Shown: positions 38,372 through 47,503, counted from the stretch's first letter. The stretch: DNA of 64,000 nt from Campylobacterales bacterium (GCA_050297855.1 JBNKTC010000009.1:9221-73220); one strand, 5' to 3'. Made by a program: numbers and translations. The notes: generated by a model from the letters alone, not told the origin.

Positions 38372-38678
38372 CAAGCGGGGCTTTTTGACACCGTATAGAC
38401 TATATCCTCAGTCCATAGTGATCAAAAAGCTCTTTTATATGTCCTGGATTATGGAACTCCTCATACCGGCTATCCAATCAGAAGGGCTATCCACCCCATC
38501 ACAAAAAACATTTTTATCGCATCCACAACAGCACTCCTCCTCCAAAACGACTTATTAAGAGAAAGTCTATCAAAATAATTTATTGGAGACGGTAAGCATC
38601 TGAAGCGGATGATCCCCACGGGGTAATCTAAAGTGTACCTGCTATGATGATGCGATAAACCTTTTATGAGGAGATGCG

Positions 38679-39437
38679 GTGCGATACAGGTGGCTAAAGA
38701 TTTGCACGGTGTGGATGGCAGTGGGGCTGGCAGTTGCCGACGCGATGGGCGCGACACACTATTTTCGCACCGTTGATGCGACACTCCTCAAAGATGAACA
38801 CCACCGTATCATGGATATCTTCTTAGACGGCACCTACCTGGTGATCGAGGGCAACACCACGGCCCCGTTCCGGGTCAGTAAAGTCCTGGAACAGGGAGAG
38901 TGGAAACGGCGGCCCGGTTGGATCAAAGCGAAAGGGATCGACGTAAGCGAAGTGGTGCGTCAGGCCCGGCTTGACGGGAGTGCCCGCTTTATCCTGGTCA
39001 GCAAGTCCCGTTTTTTGCTGGAGGTGTTCGACTTTGACGGCAGACTGGAGACAAAGCAGTTTGAAGCGGAAGTCGGACTGGGGATGGACCGCTGTCTGCC
39101 GCCCGAAGAGGGAGGACGCTGCTACTATACCGACCCGGGGGTCTACCGGGTCCGCTGGAAGGTCTACGACCCCGAAGGGATCGAGTGGTGCATCCCCGAA
39201 TCGATGGCCGATGAGGAGCGCTACGCCGAGGACCTGGAGTCGGGCCGGCGCTGCTTCCGCGACTCGCTCGGGAAGTATGCCCTCAATATCGGCTCCAGCT
39301 ACGCGATCCACGGCACAAACGACCCCGCCTCCCTGGGCGAAAAACGCTCCCACGGCTGTATCCGCATCGGCATCGAGCCGATGGAGCGTCTCTATCGTCT
39401 CATGGACGAAAGGGATATGGTCTACATCGTACCGTGA
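38679..39437 (+). CDS. L,D-transpeptidase (YkuD domain)
   Basis: GTG start 6 nt after an AGGAG RBS, signal peptide, and catalytic YAIHGTNDPASLGEKRSHGCIRI. Confidence 0.88.
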   Translation: MRYRWLKICTVWMAVGLAVADAMGATHYFRTVDATLLKDEHHRIMDIFLDGTYLVIEGNTTAPFRVSKVLEQGEWKRRPGWIKAKGIDVSEVVRQARLDGSARFILVSKSRFLLEVFDFDGRLETKQFEAEVGLGMDRCLPPEEGGRCYYTDPGVYRVRWKVYDPEGIEWCIPESMADEERYAEDLESGRRCFRDSLGKYALNIGSSYAIHGTNDPASLGEKRSHGCIRIGIEPMERLYRLMDERDMVYIVP

Positions 39438-39955
39438 CGTTGATGGACCACTTCAATAGTAAACCCTTCCTCTTCGGTCGGAGCCTGAAAAAAAGCAGTC
39501 ACCTGGTGAAACGTCTCTTCCGTGTCGAATGAAGCACGTTCGGGTGCGCTCTGCCGCCGCAAGGCAAGCCGCTCCAGGCACAACCCGTCATCAGCTTCCA
39601 GGTAGATCAGTTTGTGTGGGATACCCTCCCCGGAAAAGAGCTCTTTAAACCATGCCCGCTGCTTTGTCGTATTCCCCGGGAAATCCATGACGACCGAAAC
39701 CCCCGAATGCTGAATGCTTCGTACATGATCTTTGAGCAAAGGCTTCAGGCGTGAGGAATATTTGATGTAGTCGTTAAAGTCCTTGATCTCCTCCGGGTAA
39801 ACGGCGGCAAGCCACGCATCTTCCGATAACAGAATCGCATTCTCTTCATCGGCCAGCTTTTTTGAGTAGGTCGACTTCCCTGCCCCCATCTTGCCGGAGA
39901 AAAAAAAGAGTGTTCCTTTTGTATTCATATTCTGTTTCCTTGTCTGTGGGGTCAC
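39422..39955 (-). CDS. P-loop ATPase/kinase-like protein
   Basis: Walker A FFFSGKMGAGKST. Small AAA_33/zeta-toxin-like kinase fold is possible. The start may be MNTKG at 39928. Confidence 0.65.
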   Translation of the reverse strand: MTPQTRKQNMNTKGTLFFFSGKMGAGKSTYSKKLADEENAILLSEDAWLAAVYPEEIKDFNDYIKYSSRLKPLLKDHVRSIQHSGVSVVMDFPGNTTKQRAWFKELFSGEGIPHKLIYLEADDGLCLERLALRRQSAPERASFDTEETFHQVTAFFQAPTEEEGFTIEVVHQRHGTM

Positions 39956-41523
39956 ACCCCGGTTTCAATAAGCCAAAGGGCCATCAGCATCATCACGAAA
40001 TAGCCCGCCAGCAGCGTGTCCGTCCGCGTCCACGCAAGTTCCACGGTATGTTCGGCGGTATAGTCGGAGTCCGTCTTCCGCTCTTTGCAGCAGGTGAGTG
40101 AAAGCAGCCACGCGCTCCCATACGCGACAACGACCCCCGTGACGTTCCACCACATCCACATCACCTCCGGAGCGGCCACCCATAAAAAAAGGTTGACGCC
40201 CACGCCCGCGAAGAGTCCGGTCAGGATGGCGTGGCTCCCGATCCGCTTATGCAGCGCTCCGGCTAAAAACACCGCCAGGACCGGCCCGTAGAAAGCCGAA
40301 CCGATCTTGTTGATCGCCTCGATGACGGTATCGGCGATGGAGCCGACCATAAAGGCGAACCCGATGATGGCAATCCCCCAGAGAAACGTCGTCAGCTGAC
40401 CCAGCCGGATCTCTTTTGCCCCGTCGGTATGCTTCTCGTTGAGCTCGAAGTCGTGGAGCGTGACGGCGGAGAGGGAGTTGAGCGCCGAGTCGATGCTGGA
40501 CATGGCAGCAGCCAAAATGGCGGCGACCAGCAGCCCCTTCACCCCGACGGGGAGGTAGGCCAGGATAAACTCGGGGATCAGGTGGTCCGGCGTTGCCGCC
40601 GCAACGCTGGCCTGAAGCGAGGCATCCTGCAGGTAGAGCACGCCCACCGCAATCCCCAACATCACATAAAGCAGCGTCAGCGGGAAGCGTGCGAAGCCGT
40701 TGAAGTAGAGCGAACGTTTGGAATCCTCGACCGTCGTGGTGGAGAGCTCACGCTGGACCTGGCTCTGGTCGGTCCCGTAATAGGCGGTGTAGAGGAAAAA
40801 CCCGCCGAAGAGAAACGCCCAAAACGGCATCCCGCCGTCCGCGCCAAGCCCCCAGCTAAAATCCAGCGTCTGCAGCCGCTCTTTGGGAAAGGCCTCGAAA
40901 ACGGCCCCCATCCCCCCGATGATATCGACGGCGATCCAGATGGAGACGATCACCCCCAGCAGCAATAGCCCCATCTGCAAAATATCCGAGTAGACGACGG
41001 CCCGCATACCGCCCAGGGTATCGTAGATCAGGATGATCAGCCCCATGCCGAGGATGGAGACCCACAGCTCGAATTCGGTGATGCTCTGCATCACGATCGC
41101 CGTGGCATACAGGGCGATCCCGGTCCCCAGCCCGCGGCTGATCAGGAAGATCACGGCGACCGTATTGCGGACACTCGTCCCGTAGCGCAGCTGCAGGTAT
41201 TCGTAGACACTGACGAGCTTAAGCTGGCGGAAGAGCGGGATCAGGAAGATGGAGGTGACGATCATGGCAAGCGGTAACGCCAGCTCATACTGCAGCCACG
41301 TCAGCCCCCCGCCCTCTTTGACCGCCACAAAGGCGGGGATGGAGATAAAACTGATCGCCGAGCTCTGCGTCGCCATCGTCGAGATCCCAACGGCCCACCA
41401 CGGGAGCTTGCGGTCGGCGACATAGTAGTCGTCCTGGTCACGGTTTTTCCGGCCGATAAAATAACCGAAAATCAATAGAAAAATAAAGTACGCGCCGATA
41501 ATCGACCAGTCCAATACACCCAT
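39952..41523 (-). CDS. Sodium:solute symporter (SSS) family transporter
   Basis: Track ORF to 41604. Likely start is MGVLDWSIIGAYF at 41523. About 13 TM helices, with GRKNRDQDDYYVADRKLPWWAVGIS typical of an SSS N-terminus. Confidence 0.85.
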   Translation of the reverse strand: MGVLDWSIIGAYFIFLLIFGYFIGRKNRDQDDYYVADRKLPWWAVGISTMATQSSAISFISIPAFVAVKEGGGLTWLQYELALPLAMIVTSIFLIPLFRQLKLVSVYEYLQLRYGTSVRNTVAVIFLISRGLGTGIALYATAIVMQSITEFELWVSILGMGLIILIYDTLGGMRAVVYSDILQMGLLLLGVIVSIWIAVDIIGGMGAVFEAFPKERLQTLDFSWGLGADGGMPFWAFLFGGFFLYTAYYGTDQSQVQRELSTTTVEDSKRSLYFNGFARFPLTLLYVMLGIAVGVLYLQDASLQASVAAATPDHLIPEFILAYLPVGVKGLLVAAILAAAMSSIDSALNSLSAVTLHDFELNEKHTDGAKEIRLGQLTTFLWGIAIIGFAFMVGSIADTVIEAINKIGSAFYGPVLAVFLAGALHKRIGSHAILTGLFAGVGVNLFLWVAAPEVMWMWWNVTGVVVAYGSAWLLSLTCCKERKTDSDYTAEHTVELAWTRTDTLLAGYFVMMLMALWLIETGV

Positions 41524-41618
41524 TCCGGCTCCTTTGCCGTTTATGATACGCAAAAGGAGCTGATGGGAAACAGCCGCATGGATTTGTGATATACTGGAAA
41601 ACAACCTAAAGGAACCTC

Positions 41619-43040
41619 ATGAAAGTACTTGTTACCGGGGCTAACGGCTATATCGGACGCCGACTCAAACACGCGTTGCTCAGTGAGCGTGACACCGCTG
41701 TCAGAATACTGGTCCGCAATAAAAAAAGTGTTTCGCCCTCTGTCGCGAAGCGGGTGGAAGTATTTGAGGGGAATACCTTTGATATCGACTCACTGGATAA
41801 GGCCCTCGAGGGTATCGATACGGCCTACTATCTTATCCACAGCATGGGCAGCGGCGAGAACTACCGCGAACTGGACCGAAAAAGCGCCGAGAACTTTCGT
41901 GACGCCGCGATCCGTCAGGGAGTCAAGCGCATCATCTACCTGGGCGGGCTGGGAAGCAAGGAGAGTGCGAGTGAGCATCTCCTCAGCCGTATCGAGACGG
42001 GCGAATGCCTCAGCGCAAAACCCGACAAGATCCAGACCGTCTGGTTCCGTGCCGGGGTGATTATCGGTTCGGGCAGCGCCAGCTTCGAGATCATCCGGAA
42101 CCTCGTGCAGAAACTGCCGGTGATGATCACCCCGCGATGGGTAGAGACCATGGCGCAACCCATTGCCGTAGACGATGTGATCCGCTACCTTGAAAGTGCG
42201 AGGAACTTGCCGCAAAACGAGAACCTTGTCATCGATATCGGCTCCGAACAGATGCCCTACAAAGAGATGATGCTGGGCGTCGCCAGGGTGATGGGGCTCA
42301 AACGCCTTCTGATTCCCGTTCCGCTCTTGACCCCGACACTCTCCTCCTACTGGCTCGGACTCTTCACCCCCGTTCCCGTCAGTATCGCCTCGGCCCTGAT
42401 CGAAGGATTGAAGAGTGAAGTGGTCCGGCAAAATGATATTGCCGATACGCTGTTCGATTTTCGCCCCGTCCCGTTTGATACGGCGGTGCAACGTGCTCTG
42501 GACGAGATCGAAAAGAACCAGGTGATCAGCCGATGGAGCGACACCGGCGGGGAGACCTGGGAGCATGACCACGACCGTGATATCGCCAACGCACTCTTCG
42601 TAGACAGGCAGCGGATCGGCATCGCACCCGCTGCCAAAAAAGAGGTCTTTGACTCTTTCATGTGCATCGGCGGGGAAGAGGGGTGGTTCGGCTACTCCTT
42701 TTTATGGCAGCTACGGGGTCTGATCGACAAGCTGATCGGGGGCGTGGGACTCAACCGCGGACGCCGGGACAGCTGCAATGCGCGCATCGGCGACAGCATC
42801 GACTTCTGGAAAGTGGTGGATATGGTACCCGATGAACGGCTGCTCCTGTATGCCCAGATGAAGCTTCCGGGAAAAGCGTGGCTGGAGTTCAAAATAGAGG
42901 GCGACGAACTGATTCAGACGGCGTACTTCTACCCCGACGGTCTTTGGGGCAGGTTTTACTGGTACATGATGCTGCCGTTTCACCTTTTTATCTTCAAAGA
43001 CATGGCGACAAAAATTGCTTCCGTTAGCAAAAAAGACTAG
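41619..43040 (+). CDS. NAD(P)-binding SDR/NmrA-like domain fused to DUF2867-like C-terminal domain
   Basis: MKVLVTGANGYIGRRL Rossmann motif. The C-terminal roughly 150 aa (...FWKVVDMVPDERLLLYAQMKLPGKAWLEF...) resemble DUF2867. Confidence 0.7.
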   Translation: MKVLVTGANGYIGRRLKHALLSERDTAVRILVRNKKSVSPSVAKRVEVFEGNTFDIDSLDKALEGIDTAYYLIHSMGSGENYRELDRKSAENFRDAAIRQGVKRIIYLGGLGSKESASEHLLSRIETGECLSAKPDKIQTVWFRAGVIIGSGSASFEIIRNLVQKLPVMITPRWVETMAQPIAVDDVIRYLESARNLPQNENLVIDIGSEQMPYKEMMLGVARVMGLKRLLIPVPLLTPTLSSYWLGLFTPVPVSIASALIEGLKSEVVRQNDIADTLFDFRPVPFDTAVQRALDEIEKNQVISRWSDTGGETWEHDHDRDIANALFVDRQRIGIAPAAKKEVFDSFMCIGGEEGWFGYSFLWQLRGLIDKLIGGVGLNRGRRDSCNARIGDSIDFWKVVDMVPDERLLLYAQMKLPGKAWLEFKIEGDELIQTAYFYPDGLWGRFYWYMMLPFHLFIFKDMATKIASVSKKD

Positions 43041-43567
43041 TGATGAAAACGTTTTGGATATTTTGCAGAGTGTTGCTAAGCGGCGTTTTTCTCGGTGGAT
43101 GCACGTCTTCATATGCCCCGCTGCCGACGGTAGAGACTGTAGACATCGGGCAGTATCTCGGCACATGGTATGAGATCGCACGCTATCCCAACCGTTTTGA
43201 AAAAGGGTGCACCGGCGTCACCGCGGAATACCGGCAAAAGAGTGAGGAGTCTATCCTCGTGACGAACCGATGCCGCCTGCACGATCCTTCCGGCGAAGAA
43301 AAAGTTGCAAACGGAAAAGCCAAAATCATCGAGGGTTCCAATAACGCCAAACTCAAAGTGACGTTTTTCTGGCCCTTTTACGGGGATTACTGGATCATCA
43401 AGCTGGACCCGGACTACCGGTATGCCGTCGTAGGCGAACCGTCCAGAAAGTACCTGTGGATTTTGGCAAGGGAAAAGCGAATAAGTGAGACAGTTAAAAA
43501 TGAGATAGTGTCATGGCTTCCCCAAGTGGGCTATGACCCGGAAAAGCTTGTCTGGACGCAGCACTAG
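43040..43567 (+). CDS. blc: Bacterial lipocalin (Blc-like outer-membrane lipoprotein)
   Basis: Lipobox FLGGC and lipocalin motif YLGTWYEIARYPNRFEKGC...YWIIKLDPDYRYAVVGEP...LWILAR. Confidence 0.9.
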   Translation: MMKTFWIFCRVLLSGVFLGGCTSSYAPLPTVETVDIGQYLGTWYEIARYPNRFEKGCTGVTAEYRQKSEESILVTNRCRLHDPSGEEKVANGKAKIIEGSNNAKLKVTFFWPFYGDYWIIKLDPDYRYAVVGEPSRKYLWILAREKRISETVKNEIVSWLPQVGYDPEKLVWTQH

Positions 43568-43590
43568 CGTGTCTAATAAAAAAGAGAACA

Positions 43591-43611
43591 TAAAGGGGAG
43601 AGCCCCCTTTA
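43591..43611. terminator. Bidirectional intrinsic terminator between blc and purC
   Basis: TAAAGGGG-agagc-CCCCTTTA flanked by A- and T-runs, between convergent stops. Confidence 0.7.
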
Positions 43612-43619
43612 TTCAGATG

Positions 43620-44732
43620 TTAATCGATGAGCTGATACTCATCCCGTAAGATAGCGATCACTTCCGCTTTCGGGTTATCGGAGAGTACGATCTTCTCACC
43701 GGTGATCTTCTCTGCGATGTCCGTATAGGTCTTGGAGACCTGCATCAACACCTCGGTCGGCAGCGCATTGTCACGTGCCAGCGCTTCGCGCTCATCCATA
43801 CGGGATTTATTGAGCAGGATATCGGGGTCCGGGAAGTGGTTCAGCAGCAGCTGGCGGAACCCCTCTTTGGAATTCTCCACGACTTTGCCCTTTCGGTACT
43901 GTTCACCGTCCCAGATACGGGAACTATCCGGCGTGCCCACTTCGTCCATGTAGATCAGCTTGTCGTTGCCCTCCGTGTCTTTCACGTAGCCGAACTCGAA
44001 CTTGGTATCGACAAAGATCTGGTCAAGCTTTTCAAGCTCTTTGGAGATCACCTCAAAGCCCTCTGTTAAAAGCTTCTCATACAGGGCAATATCATCACGC
44101 GATTTAAAATTAAACGCTTCGTAGTTGTCTTCGATGTTTTTACGCGTGATATTGACGTCATCCACCTCCGGCACGCCCGGGATGCCTTTGAGTACGCCCT
44201 TGGTAGAGGGAGTCTGGAGCAGTTCCGGGAGTCTGGAGTCTTTTGTCAGGCCTTCAGGGATCTTGATACCGCAGAACTCGCGTTCGCCTTTTTCGTATGC
44301 ACGCCACATGGAACCGGTGATATACTGGCGGCAGATCGCTTCGATCATCACGGGCTGGGCTTTTTGTACGATCCAGACAAACGGATGGGGGATATCGAGG
44401 ATATGGCTGTCGGCAAGCCCTTTTTCCTTAAAGAGTCTGAACCAGTGGTTCGAGATGGCGTTCAGCGCCGCCCCTTTGCCGGGAACGCCCTGCATATTCC
44501 CCTCGCCGTGCCAGATACAGTCAAACGCGGAGATACGGTCACTGATCACCATGATCGCCAACGGCGTGTCGGCAGGCACGTCATACCCTTTCTCTTTGAT
44601 CAGCCGCTTGCTGTCGGCTTCTGTCAGCCAATAGACCGAGCGCACCTTCCCGCTGTGCACCGGAGAATCCGTACGGATCGGAAGGTCGTTATTTACTGCC
44701 AATACTTTGTCAGCTAAGTTCATTGTTATCAC
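43620..44732 (-). CDS. purC: Phosphoribosylaminoimidazole-succinocarboxamide synthase (long form)
   Basis: 370 aa. [26 protein letters not shown]-like [20 protein letters not shown]. Confidence 0.92.
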   Translation of the reverse strand: MITMNLADKVLAVNNDLPIRTDSPVHSGKVRSVYWLTEADSKRLIKEKGYDVPADTPLAIMVISDRISAFDCIWHGEGNMQGVPGKGAALNAISNHWFRLFKEKGLADSHILDIPHPFVWIVQKAQPVMIEAICRQYITGSMWRAYEKGEREFCGIKIPEGLTKDSRLPELLQTPSTKGVLKGIPGVPEVDDVNITRKNIEDNYEAFNFKSRDDIALYEKLLTEGFEVISKELEKLDQIFVDTKFEFGYVKDTEGNDKLIYMDEVGTPDSSRIWDGEQYRKGKVVENSKEGFRQLLLNHFPDPDILLNKSRMDEREALARDNALPTEVLMQVSKTYTDIAEKITGEKIVLSDNPKAEVIAILRDEYQLID

Positions 44733-44835
44733 CTTTTAATTATCAAGAAATAGATTGTTTGTTTTTACATTTTTGGAATTTTAACAAAAAACATCAAGGT
44801 AATGCTGCAAGAATCAAAGCATGCAAAGTGCGGCA

Positions 44836-44867
44836 GGTGAAAATAAAGTTGCTTGTCACCTTTTTTC
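44836..44867. repeat. AT-rich roughly 32-bp element, copy 1 (GGTGAAAATAAAGTTGCTTGTCACCTTTTTTC)
   Basis: 9 nt 3-prime of the ParE-pseudogene stop. By-eye alignment gives 26/31 identical to copy 2. Confidence 0.7.
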
Positions 44868-44876
44868 TCAGGAGTT

Positions 44877-45179
44877 TTAGTCTTTTCGGTAATTTTCCAA
44901 AAGTTGCTTGCCGTGTACAATGGCAACAATCAATATTTCATCTTCACCCACAGCATAGATCATACGATAGCTGTAGACAAAAATCTCACGAATCTCTATG
45001 CGCATCACCTCCGGGACCACCCGTCCGGACTCGGGAAAAGTGATGAGCATTTCAGCTTTTTCGAAAAACGTGGTGACTACTTACTTCGCATAAACAGGAG
45101 AGTCTTTTTCAATATATCGGGCAATAGCCTCGATATCTTCAAGAGCCTCCGTGGACCAATTTAGCTTTCGCTCAGCCAC
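44877..45179 (-). pseudogene. ParE/RelE-family toxin gene interrupted by an in-frame TAA (codon 33)
   Basis: Own translation from GTG 45179: MAERKLNWSTEALEDIEAIARYIEKDSPVYAK*VVTTFFEKAEMLITFPESGRVVPEVMRIEIREIFVYSYRMIYAVGEDEILIVAIVHGKQLLENYRKD*. Stop at 45081-45083. Typical ParE pattern (W...A..D...I..YI, FP..GR.V.E, YR..Y......I.I..I.H). The start overlaps the antitoxin 3-prime end. Confidence 0.8.
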
Positions 45180-45352
45180 TTATGCATCTTCTCTTTGGCC
45201 TGATCGTGGGAGAGGGCCTTCTCCTCTTCAGCCCGTTTGAGCCCTTTTTGGACTTTTTCGATTACGTATAGGTGATACTGAATGTCTTCATAGGTGCAGT
45301 CGTCCGGAAGTGTTTCCAGCATTTGACGTACTTCATCTTTTACGGCAGTCAT
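45161..45352 (-). CDS. Putative antitoxin partner of the ParE-like pseudogene
   Basis: 63 aa, ...LETLPDDCTYEDIQYHLYVIEKVQKGLKRAEEEKALSHDQAKEKMHKWL. It is the upstream, overlapping small gene in the usual antitoxin-toxin order. Confidence 0.65.
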   Translation of the reverse strand: MTAVKDEVRQMLETLPDDCTYEDIQYHLYVIEKVQKGLKRAEEEKALSHDQAKEKMHKWLSES

Positions 45353-45384
45353 TCCGATCCTTTTTAGGGTAATACTTTATGAAC

Positions 45385-45413
45385 ATTGTAGCAAATTGGG
45401 TAAAAAATTGAAA
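45385..45413 (-). promoter_or_regulatory. Possible sigma70-type promoter of the antitoxin/toxin module
   Basis: On the minus strand: TTTCAA - 17 nt - TACAAT, about 30 nt upstream of the antitoxin ATG (RBS AAGGA). Sequence resemblance only. Confidence 0.3.
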
Positions 45414-45467
45414 TTTTGGATTACGAGGAGAGATAGGTATTATGTCTCCGGTTTTTTCCCAAATTTT

Positions 45468-45707
45468 TTAATCTTCATCACTTTTTCGCCCCAAGATTCC
45501 AAACACCAAGTAAAGAAAATAGATATTTGCGATCAAAAGAATTGCACCTACAACCACCGCAGTGGTACCATCAAAATTCATATTCATCTTGCGTGTATTT
45601 TCATGGATTGACTGTAATACAATACCCTGATACGCAAGGTCAACAAGCATGGCTGAAACAAGCAAGAAAAATAATATCATTCCCAGCTTCTTCAATTTCT
45701 CATTCAC
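45468..45707 (-). CDS. Small two-TM membrane protein
   Basis: 79 aa with two hydrophobic helices (LGMILFFLLVSAMLVDLAY; AVVVGAILLIANIYFLYLVFGIL). It lies 17 nt downstream of the ICMT-family gene. Confidence 0.55.
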   Translation of the reverse strand: MNEKLKKLGMILFFLLVSAMLVDLAYQGIVLQSIHENTRKMNMNFDGTTAVVVGAILLIANIYFLYLVFGILGRKSDED

Positions 45708-45724
45708 CCTGTGCCCTTTATAAC

Positions 45725-46444
45725 TCAGTAGATCCCCGGGAAGAGACGGAAGCGTACACGCGCGGCATACTCGCTGTAACCCGGTAGCTCGTCTTGAAGT
45801 GTCCTGTCCTCCAGTGTGGTGCGGATCACCGCGATGACCAGCGCCAGCGCGGCTGGGATCAGGGTCCAGAGCGTGTTAAGCGCCATGATGATACCCGCAA
45901 CGGCCAGCAGGTTCCCCGCATAGCCGGGATGACGTACGATGCGGTACGGGCCGCTGTCGCAGACCGAATGCCCCCGGTCTGTCTGGATACGCACCGTGGT
46001 GGAGAAAAAGCGGTTCTCGACCAGCGCCCACGTGGCAAAGGCGTACCCGACCGCAATAAGAACAAGCCCCAGAATATTAACCCATCCCGCAAACAGCGGC
46101 GTCCACCCATAACGGTGATCCAGCCCCGCAACGATCAGAAGGGGGAACGTAAGGCTGACCGCCATCAAGGGCGCAAGCACCTTGTCCCACGACTTCGCAC
46201 CCTTAGCCTTTTCCGTACTAATCCGCTCAACCATAATCCCCGGATGCCGCCTCTCGGCCAAAACACGCCCCCCGACCCCGGCACAAAACAGCAGCACCCC
46301 ATAAACCCAAGCCTGCCACCAGCCAAAATCCCCCGCACAGAGGAAAAGAACCAGCGGGATAATGAGATAGAGGAGGACCTCACCCAGCCACAAACGAGGG
46401 CTTGGGGATTGGTTGGTGTTTGGATCGGTGGCTTGGGATGTCAT
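45725..46444 (-). CDS. Isoprenylcysteine carboxyl methyltransferase (ICMT/PEMT) family membrane methyltransferase
   Basis: 239 aa, multi-TM. ...SGPYRIVRHPGYAGNLL...E...L matches the ICMT family signature. GGAGG RBS. Confidence 0.75.
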   Translation of the reverse strand: MTSQATDPNTNQSPSPRLWLGEVLLYLIIPLVLFLCAGDFGWWQAWVYGVLLFCAGVGGRVLAERRHPGIMVERISTEKAKGAKSWDKVLAPLMAVSLTFPLLIVAGLDHRYGWTPLFAGWVNILGLVLIAVGYAFATWALVENRFFSTTVRIQTDRGHSVCDSGPYRIVRHPGYAGNLLAVAGIIMALNTLWTLIPAALALVIAVIRTTLEDRTLQDELPGYSEYAARVRFRLFPGIY

Positions 46445-46477
46445 TTTTTATTACCTCCGTAACTTACTGGGAGCAGT

Positions 46478-46510
46478 GGATGAGAATAAAGTAGCTTGTA
46501 CCCTTTTTTA
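46478..46510. repeat. AT-rich roughly 32-bp element, copy 2 (GGATGAGAATAAAGTAGCTTGTACCCTTTTTTA)
   Basis: Directly abuts the RelE-like toxin stop (46511). Confidence 0.7.
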
Positions 46511-46756
46511 CTACTTATACGAATCTCTCCTATGCATTACCCGGTAGACTTTTAACGTATCCCCCTCAATGTCAAAAAGGATTCGGTAGTTTCCTACCCG
46601 GTAACGGTATCTGGGAATATGGTTCGTAAGGCGTTTAATGTTGGAGATATTCGGAAAGTCCTGGAGGGCTTCGATTTTTTCAAACAGCCTGGATGCTTCT
46701 TTTTTGTCAAGTTTCGAGAGGTCTTTGAACGCTTTGTCATCAATGACGACAGTCAT
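46511..46756 (-). CDS. RelE/StbE-family type II toxin
   Basis: 81 aa. ...FKDLSKLDKKEASRLFEKIEAL...IKRLTNHIPRYRYRVGNYRILFDIEGDTLKVYRVMHRRDSY. ATGA overlap with the upstream antitoxin. Confidence 0.85.
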   Translation of the reverse strand: MTVVIDDKAFKDLSKLDKKEASRLFEKIEALQDFPNISNIKRLTNHIPRYRYRVGNYRILFDIEGDTLKVYRVMHRRDSYK

Positions 46757-46965
46757 TCAAGACCCAGTTTTTCTTTTGCCTGTGCGAGAGTATGGGAAGG
46801 ATTGTTTTCTTTCTTCACTTCTTCAATCAAATGATAATCCGGGTCGTTCGGGTCAAGCAGCTCGATATCTTTTTCGATACTGATCCCCTCTTTCAGACCG
46901 GCAACGAACTCTTTGAGTTTGGTCATAACAGTTTCGTTTTCCACATTCAAAACAACCGTATGCAT
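46753..46965 (-). CDS. Putative antitoxin of the RelE-like toxin
   Basis: 70 aa acidic protein. Its 4-nt overlap with the toxin start is the usual TA operon layout. Confidence 0.7.
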   Translation of the reverse strand: MHTVVLNVENETVMTKLKEFVAGLKEGISIEKDIELLDPNDPDYHLIEEVKKENNPSHTLAQAKEKLGLE

Positions 46966-47111
46966 CTGAAAGCCCCTTTCTTTTGTTTTTTGAATATTAT
47001 ATCACATCATTTAGAGAAGGAAAATCATCCCTTACTTATACTTATTTCATGACCCTATTTCACTTTTGTAAACTGTAGCGCCATGTTCTCTTTAATCTAT
47101 TATATAAGTCT

Positions 47112-47143
47112 ATGAAAAAAGTAGACTGACTTCTTTATTTACA
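47112..47143. repeat. AT-rich roughly 32-bp element, copy 3 (ATGAAAAAAGTAGACTGACTTCTTTATTTACA), more diverged
   Basis: Abuts the stop of the 82-aa ORF (47144). It aligns to copies 1 and 2 best in inverted orientation (GATGTAAATAAAGAAGTCAGTCTACTTTTTTC). The element is a partial A/T palindrome, so orientation is ambiguous. Confidence 0.45.
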
Positions 47144-47392
47144 TCATGAATCAGAAATCCCATGTAACTCAAGACGGTCTATATACCGGATCAAAGCCCC
47201 CATTTTCTCCTCGATCAAAACCAAGTGATCATGAAACGTCGGAACATACCGAACCTCACGATCATTCTCTGAAATATATGCCATCGCATAATCAAGTGAC
47301 TGGAGCAAGCTTTGGATATTGCAAGCCTGAATCTGGAGCGATGAAATACTGTAATCGGACGGTTTTTGGTCTTTTTTTTCGTTTTCACCCAT
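47144..47392 (-). CDS. Hypothetical small protein (82 aa)
   Basis: Track ORF in AT-rich DNA, divergent from the HTH gene. No family recognised. Confidence 0.45.
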   Translation of the reverse strand: MGENEKKDQKPSDYSISSLQIQACNIQSLLQSLDYAMAYISENDREVRYVPTFHDHLVLIEEKMGALIRYIDRLELHGISDS

Positions 47393-47503
47393 ATTGCATC
47401 CTTAAAGAAAATAAAACTGAAAATGTTTATTTTCATTATTTTAAACATTATTGATGTGTTATAACATTTCAAACTTAAATCTAAGATGTATCGATGGTTA
47501 AAA

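Noticed and set aside
38470-38784. 104-aa minus-strand ORF in the 307-nt gap between the porin and L,D-transpeptidase genes.
   Set aside because: It overlaps the start of the well-supported L,D-transpeptidase gene. It has no RBS or start context and an odd Ser/Pro/Arg/His-rich composition. I also found no convincing RNA gene in this gap.
44853-45164. 103-aa + strand ORF in the track.
   Set aside because: It is the mirror frame of the ParE-like pseudogene. The minus-strand reading gives a recognisable toxin family sequence and proper antitoxin-toxin overlap.
44836-47143. Interpreting the repeated roughly 32-bp element as integron attC sites (a chromosomal cassette array with TA cassettes).
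   Set aside because: I could not find the RYYYAAC / GTTRRRY core pairs or the extended imperfect palindrome of attC. There is no intI integrase or attI in the window. I keep it only as an unexplained repeat.
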